Source of the DNA: a virus
Lineage: Duplodnaviria; Heunggongvirae; Uroviricota; Caudoviricetes
DNA length: 64,000 bases
IMG/VR virus record: IMGVR_UViG_2778260994_000001
Reading direction: 5' to 3' (one strand)
Under the pieces are notes generated by a model. It did no database searches and was not told where the DNA came from. It saw only the letters and a list, made by a program, of their open reading frames with translations. Position 1 is the stretch's first letter; each line of letters opens with the position of its first letter. Both the position numbers and the translations under genes were made by a program. Of this stretch, positions 55,618 to 64,000 are shown in pieces.

Positions 55618-56987
55618 TAATAATCCTCTTGCCAGTCAGCACCGGCATAGTTATCAAACCGTGAGTATTGGCCGTTAAAAGCCAATCTCACCGTGCCAAT
55701 TGGGCCATTTCGTTGCTTACCGATAATTACCTCGGCAATGCCCTTCATTTCGCTATCCGGGTGATAAACTTCGTCACGATACAGAAACATGATCAGGTCT
55801 GCGTCCTGCTCAATTGCTCCTGATTCACGTAAATCTGAATTTACCGGTCGTTTGTCCGCACGCTGTTCAAGCGATCGATTAAGTTGTGACAATGCCACCA
55901 CCGGTACTTGTAATTCCTTCGCCAAAGCCTTCAGTGAGCGAGAAATCTCGGCAATTTCCAGCGTTCGGTTATCTTGCAGCTCGGGGACGCGCATAAGTTG
56001 CAGGTAGTCGATCATAATCATGCTCAAACCACCATTTTCTTTATAAACACGACGAGCGCGGGAACGAAGCTCTGTAGGTGTCAGGGCGCTTGAGTCATCA
56101 ATAAAAATATTCTGCTTGTCCAACAGAATCCCCATTGCGCCAGAAACCCGCGCCCAATCCTCGTCGTTAAGTTGCCCTGTTCGAATACGAGTCTGATCAA
56201 CGCGTGCAAGAGAAGCCAGTGAGCGCATCATCAGCTGGTGGCTCGGCATCTCAAGGCTAAAAACCAATACGGGCTTATCGTTACGGACTGCGGCATTTTC
56301 GACGAGATTCATCGCAAACGTAGTCTTCCCCATCGATGGGCGGGCGGCGACAATAATGAGATCGGACGCCTGAAGTCCTGCCGTCTTCTTATTGAGATCG
56401 GTAAATCCGGTATCAAGCCCTGTTACACCATCATGCGGTCGCTGAAACAACTCTTCTATGCGAGATACCGTTGCATCGAGAATGCTGGCGATATCTTTTG
56501 GACCACTACCGCTCTTTTGTCGTTTTTCAGCTATTTCAAAAACGCGGCGCTCGGCCATATCCAGCAATTCATTGCTGCCCCTGCCATCCTGCGCATATCC
56601 AGCTTCAGCTATTTCATTTGCGACGGAAATCATTTCACGAACAACCGCGCGTTCACGAACGATATCCGCATAAGCACAAATATTTGCCGCGCTGGGCGTG
56701 TTCTTTGACATCTCCGCAAGGTACGCAAAACCACCGGCGCGTTCTAATTTACCGTTCTGTTCAAGTGCTTCAGCAAGTGTTATCAAATCAATCGGTTTGC
56801 CATGACTTAATAACCTCTCCATCTCACTGAAAATTTCACGATGAGCACTGGTATAAAAATCATCAGCAACTATACGATCTACAACTTCATCCCAGCGGCA
56901 GTTATCAAGCATTAAGCCACCAAGTACAGCTTGTTCTGCACTAAGGGAATTTGGCATGGATTCAAGAGGGGATGCAGACATTAGCAC
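55617..56987 (-). CDS. ban: Ban, DnaB-family replicative helicase
   Basis: Very high similarity to E. coli DnaB along the length, including Walker A SMGKTT. Confidence 0.95.
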   Translation of the reverse strand: MLMSASPLESMPNSLSAEQAVLGGLMLDNCRWDEVVDRIVADDFYTSAHREIFSEMERLLSHGKPIDLITLAEALEQNGKLERAGGFAYLAEMSKNTPSAANICAYADIVRERAVVREMISVANEIAEAGYAQDGRGSNELLDMAERRVFEIAEKRQKSGSGPKDIASILDATVSRIEELFQRPHDGVTGLDTGFTDLNKKTAGLQASDLIIVAARPSMGKTTFAMNLVENAAVRNDKPVLVFSLEMPSHQLMMRSLASLARVDQTRIRTGQLNDEDWARVSGAMGILLDKQNIFIDDSSALTPTELRSRARRVYKENGGLSMIMIDYLQLMRVPELQDNRTLEIAEISRSLKALAKELQVPVVALSQLNRSLEQRADKRPVNSDLRESGAIEQDADLIMFLYRDEVYHPDSEMKGIAEVIIGKQRNGPIGTVRLAFNGQYSRFDNYAGADWQEDY

Positions 56988-57266
56988 TCCACCCAGGCGT
57001 GCTGAATGTCAGATATAATCGGCATACTCAAATCACTCCTAACGATATGAGTCATCACCAGAAAATCAGGATTAATGCGCCGGACTCTTCCCGGCTGTCA
57101 CACCAAATCGCCAGGATGGTGAGTCCCTGTATCCGCTATCCCTCCAACGGTGACTTGCACATTCCGGCTACCTGGTTTGTTGCCTGAGCTAGGGGAAAAG
57201 GTAACCCCTTTAACGTCACCAGACCGCTAACGACGCATGTGCCAGACGCCGTGTTACAACCAAATA

Positions 57267-57342
57267 TGGTGGCCCCTACCGGACTTGAACCGGTGACCGT
57301 GCGATTATGAGTCGCCAGCTCTAACCACTGAGCTAAAGGGCC
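57267..57342 (-). tRNA. tRNA with CAU anticodon (Ile2 lysidine-type, or Met)
   Basis: Cloverleaf by eye: acceptor GGCCCTT, D-arm GCTCAGTGGTTAGAGC, anticodon loop CTCATAA, T-arm GGTTCAAGTCC, 3' CCA. Confidence 0.85.
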
Positions 57343-57369
57343 GGATTACTGCCAATTTTGCTTACGCTT

Positions 57370-58197
57370 TTATTTCACCGGAACAAACGGAACAGCGGTA
57401 TTACTGGTCATATACTGCGGTAATGTACCGTTCCATTTGTTGATCGCTTCCAACTCCATAACACCGGGGTTCTGGCGCAGAGCTTCACCACGTAAACGAA
57501 TGGCATCAGCTTCGGCCTGGGCTTTTGTGCGAATAGCATCAGCCTGTCCGGCAGCTTCCGCGCGCAGCATGTTGGCCTCTGCTTCACGTTGTTTGACCTC
57601 TTGCTCGCGTTGCAGGGTTTTTTGGTTTGCCGTGACTTTGGCGTTAATACTGTCAATAACTGTTGGCGGGTATTCTGGCTTACCTACATAAGAGAGGCTC
57701 ATCACCTGAATGCCGATTGGCGTCATTTCTTCCTGAATGTCTTTAAGGGCTGCATCAAGCAATTCGGATTTGCCACCGTCGATAAATTTGTCGGTTGTCA
57801 TTTTGCTGGCTAACCGGTTCAGAGCATCTGCAACCTTCTGGCGTAGATCGGTATCAGTAATATCATCTACACCTTTGCGATAGGTCTGAAATACCGTTGT
57901 GACTTTTGCTGGATCAACCTTGTAGGCTACGCCGATGTGGTAACCAATGGTTGTTCCGTCGCTCATCTGGAAGCTGAACGGCTCATCGTATGTCTTCATT
58001 TGCTTAAAGGTCGGGAAGATATAAACTTCAGTATTCAAGCCTGTCCAGTAGCGACCAACGCCAACTACTTCACCGATACCTTTATCATCCCCCAGCTTAT
58101 TTACTTTGATCCCTACGTTACCTGGCTCTACCCGATCGCATCCGGTCAGACATAAAGAACCCAAAATAATCGCTGCACTAATCAACGTTTTTTTCAT
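57370..58197 (-). CDS. Lipoprotein with SPFH/band-7-like domain (Plp-like)
   Basis: Signal peptide with lipobox LTGC; C-terminal Ala-rich coiled coil. Confidence 0.6.
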   Translation of the reverse strand: MKKTLISAAIILGSLCLTGCDRVEPGNVGIKVNKLGDDKGIGEVVGVGRYWTGLNTEVYIFPTFKQMKTYDEPFSFQMSDGTTIGYHIGVAYKVDPAKVTTVFQTYRKGVDDITDTDLRQKVADALNRLASKMTTDKFIDGGKSELLDAALKDIQEEMTPIGIQVMSLSYVGKPEYPPTVIDSINAKVTANQKTLQREQEVKQREAEANMLRAEAAGQADAIRTKAQAEADAIRLRGEALRQNPGVMELEAINKWNGTLPQYMTSNTAVPFVPVK

Positions 58198-58414
58198 TAA
58201 TTAATTTCCTGGTTTTTTCACGAAAAAAGACTACTGCGAAAGCTGGGTAAATGAGCGCGAGAAGGACTCCCAACAATACAAGTATTGTGCTGTTAGATGA
58301 GATCATATTTGGCAAAAGCCAAACATACAGAACCAGTGACACAATCAAACAGAGGACGGCATAAATATATAACCGCACCCATAGCGTTCGACATTTGTTC
58401 GGATTGTTCTGCAT
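58178..58414 (-). CDS. Small membrane protein
   Basis: Two hydrophobic segments. Confidence 0.4.
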   Translation of the reverse strand: MQNNPNKCRTLWVRLYIYAVLCLIVSLVLYVWLLPNMISSNSTILVLLGVLLALIYPAFAVVFFREKTRKLINEKNVD

Positions 58415-59096
58415 CCTCTCACTCCATTATTTAACGAATAAAAAAGCTGCGGTGCCGGGTGCCTCCCGGTGTCCTTTGGCTGGTTATCCACCGTGGACGG
58501 GGAAACAAGGAGAAATGAATGGACTGATATAACCATTTCCCCGCGTGCGCTTAGCCGCATTCACCGCAATGGTAAGAGCACTTGGCTGGCTGGGCGGCGA
58601 TGACGCCTGTACGCATTTGTTGATCCGGTTCTGCTTCCGGCATTCGCTTAATTAGCCAAATACTCTTAACGTTGCGCTGGCGGAGAGTAATGGAATCGAA
58701 CCATCATCGCTTGCGCTATGGGACGGTTTTCAAGACCGCTTGAGCACCATGCTCCCTACTCTCCAGTGATTGTGGTGGTCGGTGCTGAACTCCGACACAG
58801 GGTTGTAGCAAGCCCCGCAAAGCGCGCACTACTGTAGTTGCGGCACATCAGCCTGTACATTCACCACAATGTTGAGAACACTGGTTGTCACGCGGCAACG
58901 CAACATTTATTCATAGATTGGGATATGACCCCGTTACGCCAATGTTCTCAACGTTGTAGTGCCGGTTACGGTTCCGGCCAGGCCTCTTCCTCAACGGGGT
59001 GTTCTCCATACGGACTACCGTTTATTGGTCGTTCCTGCGGTTTATGTTGTGAAGCCAGATGCTTATCTTCTGGTTGCTTCTAAGAGCTGCACTTCA

Positions 59097-59186
59097 TCAC
59101 AACGGTAAGGGTACTTCGTAGGGATTCGAACCCTCTGCCAAGCTCGGCGATCTCCGACGTCGCAAAATACCCTTACCTGTTGTGCT
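59097..59186 (-). ncRNA. tRNA-like remnant: T-arm and acceptor-like long stem, no anticodon arm
   Basis: GGGTTCGAATCCC T-arm enclosed by a roughly 16-bp stem; too short for a full tRNA. Confidence 0.3.
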
Positions 59187-59261
59187 GGTGCCGATTAACG
59201 GACTCGAACCGCTGACATCCTGCTTACAAGGCAGGCGCTCTACCAACTGAGCTAAACCGGC
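59186..59261 (-). tRNA. tRNA-Thr (UGU)
   Basis: Acceptor GCCGGTT, D-arm GCTCAGTTGGTAGAGC, anticodon loop CTTGTAA, T-arm GGTTCGAGTCC, CCA. Confidence 0.9.
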
Positions 59262-59263
59262 AT

Positions 59264-59339
59264 TGGCGATGGTGGATGGATTTGAACCATCGACCCGTTG
59301 ATTAACAGTCAACCGCTCTAACCGCTGAGCTACACCATC
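59264..59339 (-). tRNA. tRNA-Asn (GUU)
   Basis: Perfect 7-bp acceptor GATGGTG/CACCATC, anticodon loop CTGTTAA, T-arm GGTTCAAATCC, CCA; 2 nt from trnT. Confidence 0.9.
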
Positions 59340-60007
59340 ACTTGCCGGGTACGTCTCCGGCGAGGGCTTCCACCTCCGTATGCTTTTCGGCGCACCGCGC
59401 CCTGGCTGCAATTCGGTAACAGGGGATGCATAACCCTGGCTTCCAGCGTGATTAGCGCTTTCAGCATGACGGGATATACCCGTAAATTCGTGGAACTGTA
59501 CCCAAAGTGCTGTTAAGCACCGCTGTTACGCTGAAAAGAAGACGCAACAGGAAAGGACGCTGACCAACAGATGGCCCCTTCTCGTTCATCTGGTTAATCA
59601 CACCAGCGCCCTTACCTGTTGTGCCTCCCCGTTCCCTAATACACAGACGGGGACACTCTGCGGTCGATTTTTTGACGGGGGACGACTCATACCCCGTGGC
59701 GTCTGGCTTCTTAGGCCGCTACCATCATCAGATCATCGTTTGCATTTACTTTAATGGTCAGTTTCTAAAACGCCGCAAAGTCGCTAACCATGACGAAAAC
59801 CCTGAAAAAAACGCCCACCCGAAGATGGGCAAACTGGAAGCTCGTAACGCACTTCGGTGTTGCCACTTAGGCGTATGGTCAACCTGGCAACTCGGCGTCA
59901 TGAGGGGGAAGGAGTCACTACCCCGCCATACTTGCCGCCGCGCCTGTCGCGGCTAACAGCTAAATCGCTCTATAAATCACGATTCATTGAGGCGATATTA
60001 CACTAAT

Positions 60008-60024
60008 AAATTTATTAGAGCAAT
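60008..60024 (-). promoter_or_regulatory. C1 operator, perfect 17/17, with overlapping divergent partner (59997-60013, 15/17)
   Basis: aaatttattagagcaat; overlaps the dmt stop and precedes a 600-nt leader with tRNAs. Confidence 0.75.
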
Positions 60025-62279
60025 ATAGCCATAACGTCATGAGCAACACCACGAGTGTCTCCCTTACAAGACACAGAACGTCTGGCAAAGAGAGGTTCCA
60101 CTCTGAAGCCTCTGTCCTGATAAAGTTCTCTGACGTTTGGCGCGCCACTGTTAGTAATGAGTACCTTTGCACCTCGGCGATGAGCATCCGTCAACAGAGA
60201 CACCAGGCGTTTTTGCTCTTCAAACTTAAAGTCATGACCGGAATAGTTCGTGAACCCCTCTGTATTGGGGAGCGGTTCATACGGCGGATCGCAAAAGATG
60301 ACATCTCCTTCTCCGGCAGCTTCAATCACTGCTGCAAAATCACCGCATACAAACTCAGACCGCCCTTCCGCACCGAGGAAGGCTTCCATCTCCTGTAATG
60401 GGAAATACGGAGTTTTATACTTCCCATAACCGACATTGAACTCACCGGCCTGGTTGTAGCGCGTCAATCCGTTAAAACAATGACGGTTCAGGAACAAAAA
60501 CGCCGCTGCGCGATGTAAATCATCATAGACTTGTTTGTTAAACGCATTCCGTACTGCCAAGTATCCCTCCTGGGTGTTGTAGTCCAGGAAAAAACGATGT
60601 GCCAGAGTGATAAGTGAATGCTCCTCGCGTTGCAGAGTCTTGTAAAAGTTAATCAGGTCAGCATTCACATCATTTAGCAGATTTTCCTGGTATCCGGCAT
60701 TCATGAAGACAGCTCCGCCACCGACGAAAGGTTCAATCAGGCGCTTCCCTTCTGGCAAATAGCGAAAGATTTGTTCCAGAACACCAAATTTTCCACCGGC
60801 CCATTTGAATATGGACCGTTCGAATTCTGCCGCTGGTTTAACTTTTCGCTCTTTTGTTTCACTTCCTTCTTTCTGCCGACATACGGCCTTAGTAATCCGA
60901 TCGCCAATCCAGCGCATTACTGGTATTGCCATACTATTGCCGATCGCTTTGTAACGCGGTCCGTCAGCTGCAAGCATCGCGGCCTCTTCTTCGCTTAAAT
61001 CTGGATAGTGATTGCGAAGATATGCCAGTTCATCTGAATTAACTTTTTTACGCTTTTCCGTCGGGATCAACGTATGCCCATCAGGAAAACCTTGCAGCCT
61101 TTCACATTCGACAGGGGTAAGACGGCGGACAGCTACTTCTGCGTTTCTTACTTCATAGCAAACAGCTGTTGGATTTTTAGCCATTAGAGATGGTGAAGTA
61201 TTCTTAGTTGCAGCATGTTGTGTACCGCTCATACGCTCAGGAAAAGCCAATGTAACAAGATGCTCATGGCTTTCTTGCTCACGTGCCCGCAATGTACCAT
61301 GCCCTTCTGACCAAAAACCTGCTCCTGTGCTGCTAAAAACGGCAAGGTCAGTGGCATCTTTAAAATCTCTTGCCTTTACTGTCGATGCGGTTTCATCGTC
61401 AATATATTCCCCAAATGCCGCCATCCTGAAAGCGTTTACGACTTTCGTCGATTTCATACCGGGTGGCATGTCAGCGTGTAGGCATGGATTTAGGCTTTCG
61501 CCACTGATTGCAGCGCCATTTGCAATAATGGCGGAAGCGATTTCCTTCTTTTTTCGGCTCGGCGCAATATTCCGGCGCACGCCTTCGAACTCAAAAAGTA
61601 CCGTTGCGGGATCGAGGTCTGTTCGAGCACTTGCGACAACAAACACGCGTCGGCGTCGTTGTGCCACTCCGAAGTATTGGGCATCAAGGATTCTCCAGGC
61701 CACCTTTCGCTGCGGTCCATAAATACAACCACACTGCGGCCACTTTGGAGCATGGCAACCGGTTTTGACATCCCACCGCCAGAACGTGTTACTTTTTCGT
61801 GATTCAGGTCGATCACCAGGTTCGAATGGCGCATCTTCTCCAGCCAATCCGGCAAGGAAACATCCGAACGCGTTGTCTGCTGATGACAGGACTCCTGGGA
61901 CATTTTCCCAGACGATAACTGTCGGTTTGAGGAAGGACTCAGACCGTTTGTCGTCAATTGCATTTGCAAGCTCCACATACTTCAAAGTTAGCGCGCCGCG
62001 TTCATCATCAAGCCCACCACGTAAGCCCGCGATACTGAATGCCTGACAAGGCGTACCCCCGACGAGCACATCAGGGGCTTCAATTTCTCCGGCCTGGACT
62101 TTTTGGGCGAGTTTTGTCATGTCGCCAAGGTTCGCGACATGGGGCCAGCGGTGCGCAAGAACGGCAGATGGAAAAGGCTCGATTTCAGCAAACCACGCCG
62201 GACGCATACCCAACGGTTCCCATGAAATGCTCGCGGCTTCAATTCCACTGCAAACAGATCCATAGCACAGCTCTCTCAC
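60015..62279 (-). CDS. dmt: Dmt, fused C5-cytosine (N-terminal) and Dam-like N6-adenine (C-terminal) DNA methyltransferase
   Basis: C5 motifs [24 protein letters not shown]; Dam motifs FKWAGGK and DPPY; GTG start. Confidence 0.85.
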   Translation of the reverse strand: MRELCYGSVCSGIEAASISWEPLGMRPAWFAEIEPFPSAVLAHRWPHVANLGDMTKLAQKVQAGEIEAPDVLVGGTPCQAFSIAGLRGGLDDERGALTLKYVELANAIDDKRSESFLKPTVIVWENVPGVLSSADNAFGCFLAGLAGEDAPFEPGDRPESRKSNTFWRWDVKTGCHAPKWPQCGCIYGPQRKVAWRILDAQYFGVAQRRRRVFVVASARTDLDPATVLFEFEGVRRNIAPSRKKKEIASAIIANGAAISGESLNPCLHADMPPGMKSTKVVNAFRMAAFGEYIDDETASTVKARDFKDATDLAVFSSTGAGFWSEGHGTLRAREQESHEHLVTLAFPERMSGTQHAATKNTSPSLMAKNPTAVCYEVRNAEVAVRRLTPVECERLQGFPDGHTLIPTEKRKKVNSDELAYLRNHYPDLSEEEAAMLAADGPRYKAIGNSMAIPVMRWIGDRITKAVCRQKEGSETKERKVKPAAEFERSIFKWAGGKFGVLEQIFRYLPEGKRLIEPFVGGGAVFMNAGYQENLLNDVNADLINFYKTLQREEHSLITLAHRFFLDYNTQEGYLAVRNAFNKQVYDDLHRAAAFLFLNRHCFNGLTRYNQAGEFNVGYGKYKTPYFPLQEMEAFLGAEGRSEFVCGDFAAVIEAAGEGDVIFCDPPYEPLPNTEGFTNYSGHDFKFEEQKRLVSLLTDAHRRGAKVLITNSGAPNVRELYQDRGFRVEPLFARRSVSCKGDTRGVAHDVMAILL

Positions 62280-63181
62280 TGCTTAGCCTCTCCGCCCAGG
62301 GCATTTACCAGAGCATCAACCAGGCACGAAATTTCACTGGTTAACAGGAAGAAATCTGCGTCCAGTCGCTGCGCAACATCTTCACTATCAATATCAGAGT
62401 TCTGCTCAAGCAATTCATCCGCAAATTTGACGCTGGTAAGGCTGAAATTATGGTCCAGTGTAAATTTAATGCGGTTCTGCCAGTCGAGTGCCAACTTTGT
62501 GACGAGCTTGCCAGCTTCCAGGTGTGTGGAAATTTCATCGCTTCCCAAATCCTGCTTTTTCACTCGGGCGATACCGCCATCCTCAAGCACGGCCTTAAGT
62601 TCTGCCGCATTCCCCATTTGAAATCCCTGTGGAGCACTAGCATCACGTACCCAGTCGGTCAGCGTTAACTCAATGGGATTTTCAACACTTAGTGGCACAA
62701 CAGGAAGAGAACCCAGAGACTTACGCATAAGCGCGAGCATATCCTCTGCCTGCCGCGCGCTGGCATTGATATAGATGCGTTTAGTTGAACCGTCGTAGAT
62801 CGCCTGGATAACAGAAAACTTTGAAAAAGCCCGTGGCAGAAGAGAATGTAGAACTTCGTCTTTCAGGGAGTCCTTCTCTGTTTTCTTCAGTTTACGCGCT
62901 TGTTCTTGCTCAAGTTTTTCAATTTTTTCTTGAATAGCTCGCTGAATAACCGGCGGGGGAAGAATTTTTGTTTCGCGCTTTGCTTCAACAAGGATAAAAC
63001 CATTTCCATGCATAGCGATAACTTCGGAATTATCACCAAATGGAGATACAAAACCGAACTTGGCCATATCCTGACTACCGCATGGCGTGAAAAGGATCAT
63101 TTTCTTTTTATCTTCTAAGTCGGTCAGATCCGCCTCACGAGAAAGTTTATAAATAGTAATGTTTTTCCAGTGCTTAAACAT
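62276..63181 (-). CDS. RdgC-like recombination-associated protein
   Basis: Strong similarity to E. coli RdgC (e.g. [26 protein letters not shown]); start at internal ATG. Confidence 0.75.
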   Translation of the reverse strand: MFKHWKNITIYKLSREADLTDLEDKKKMILFTPCGSQDMAKFGFVSPFGDNSEVIAMHGNGFILVEAKRETKILPPPVIQRAIQEKIEKLEQEQARKLKKTEKDSLKDEVLHSLLPRAFSKFSVIQAIYDGSTKRIYINASARQAEDMLALMRKSLGSLPVVPLSVENPIELTLTDWVRDASAPQGFQMGNAAELKAVLEDGGIARVKKQDLGSDEISTHLEAGKLVTKLALDWQNRIKFTLDHNFSLTSVKFADELLEQNSDIDSEDVAQRLDADFFLLTSEISCLVDALVNALGGEAKQ

Positions 63182-63521
63182 GTTGTAACCCTTGAATATC
63201 AACCACAGAAAGCTCGTCTTTGTAGAAAAATGCCAGGTTGTGGCACCCCCTCGTTTGAGCGTATGAGCTGGGACCAATTTCGTTCTTCCAGACAAATGGC
63301 TTCAAATCCGTACGGCGAAGCATAAAAACGCGATTTGTTCCGCTCTGATTCCCAATGAGGCAAAAGCCTTCTTTCACCTTGATAGCCTGCAAGTTGTCGA
63401 GTTCACCGCTGGTTACACGGCTATCGAACTCTTTGCGGCTTATTAGCTCCATCTGCATCTGACGACTCCAAACAAATGCCCATTGAAGGGCGATGGCTGA
63501 ATGGTACCGAAAATACGACAT
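63174..63521 (-). CDS. Hypothetical protein, first gene after operator
   Basis: Track ORF starts at TTG; first ATG at 63521; no obvious SD. Confidence 0.35.
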   Translation of the reverse strand: MSYFRYHSAIALQWAFVWSRQMQMELISRKEFDSRVTSGELDNLQAIKVKEGFCLIGNQSGTNRVFMLRRTDLKPFVWKNEIGPSSYAQTRGCHNLAFFYKDELSVVDIQGLQHV

Positions 63522-63529
63522 AAAAAACA

Positions 63530-63546
63530 ATATTTATTAGAGCAAT
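63530..63546 (-). promoter_or_regulatory. C1 operator-like site
   Basis: atatttattagagcaat, 16/17. Confidence 0.65.
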
Positions 63547-63627
63547 TTTGCAATAGTTGAACTCCATGTAGTCCACAAACAACCTGAGTTAAAATAACGA
63601 AAACCAGAGCAAATAATTGGTGATGAC

Positions 63628-63912
63628 GTGGCAAGTATTGCAACAAAAGACAGCATTTGTTCGGGGCACGGAGGATTCCCATCCAGGCCTCCTGTAGAGA
63701 GTGAACCACTACTTAAAGTCAACGGAGTCGAAGTGTTAGTTGATGGTAAGCAATATGCACAGCATACCGATGGAAACAGTACGCACGGTGGGCAAGCTAT
63801 ATCAACCAGGGCATGGTTTACCGTCAATGGTAAAGGGATCGTATGCGTTGGTGACCCTGTTTCATGCGGATCTACCGTAGCGTCCGGAGACGGCCTGGTT
63901 CAGGTAAGTTAG
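63628..63912 (+). CDS. PAAR-like motif protein (possible spike-tip protein)
   Basis: Three PAAR-like repeats (DSICSGHGG, HTDGNSTHGG, VCVGDPVSCGS); GTG start. Confidence 0.45.
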   Translation: MASIATKDSICSGHGGFPSRPPVESEPLLKVNGVEVLVDGKQYAQHTDGNSTHGGQAISTRAWFTVNGKGIVCVGDPVSCGSTVASGDGLVQVS

Positions 63913-64000
63913 GAGATATCATGCTGGAAAAAGACTACCAGTTATCCGCATATAAAAAATTGGCCGCCGCCGGTGGGATGAAAACACCTGGTGCCATAAC
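63911..64000 (+). CDS. 5' end of a CDS truncated by the window edge
   Basis: ATG with GGAG RBS; open to the end of the window. Confidence 0.3.

Noticed and set aside
59097-59411. 104-aa minus-strand ORF
   Set aside because: It spans the trnA/trnT genes and the tRNA-like remnant; its GSNP/GSSP-type peptides are the usual artefact of translating tRNA sequence.
59621-59956. 111-aa plus-strand ORF in the leader upstream of the tRNAs
   Set aside because: Opposite to the surrounding transcription direction, no convincing RBS, His/Arg-rich composition suggestive of a chance frame; the region is more likely a noncoding leader.

Overview
This window is a segment of a P1-like temperate phage-plasmid (Punavirus-type) genome. 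All calls are by-eye motif and synteny recognition on the supplied sequence and ORF track; no searches or folding programs were run, and P1 gene names are from memory of the P1 literature. Hallmarks seen directly: an exact loxP site (26667-26700) next to a 343-aa Cre; the C1 repressor and Coi with at least 11 C1-operator-like sites (core ATTGCTCTAAT); pacA/pacB with a 7-GATC pac site inside pacA; the phd-doc addiction module; a UmuD'-like humD with a LexA box; a theta-like Hot; the DnaB-like helicase Ban; three tRNAs (CAU, Thr-UGU, Asn-GUU); the DarA operon and a 2255-aa DarB (MTase-helicase fusion); Ref; SSB; a SAR endolysin; and a fused C5/N6 methyltransferase Dmt. Departures from P1 as I recall it: (i) the slot where P1 carries res/mod holds a single AT-rich GNAT acetyltransferase gene; (ii) the cin gene is only a 5' remnant, facing a different intact serine invertase. 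Best candidates for undescribed biology: an operator-controlled ssb operon ending in a terminase large-subunit ATPase paralog with degenerate Walker A/B motifs and no nuclease domain; the GNAT cargo; a cluster of tandem DUF115/Maf-like and glycosyltransferase-like genes; several unannotated small hydrophobic peptide ORFs; and a tRNA-like remnant beside trnT. No CRISPR array, rRNA or IS transposase was found.
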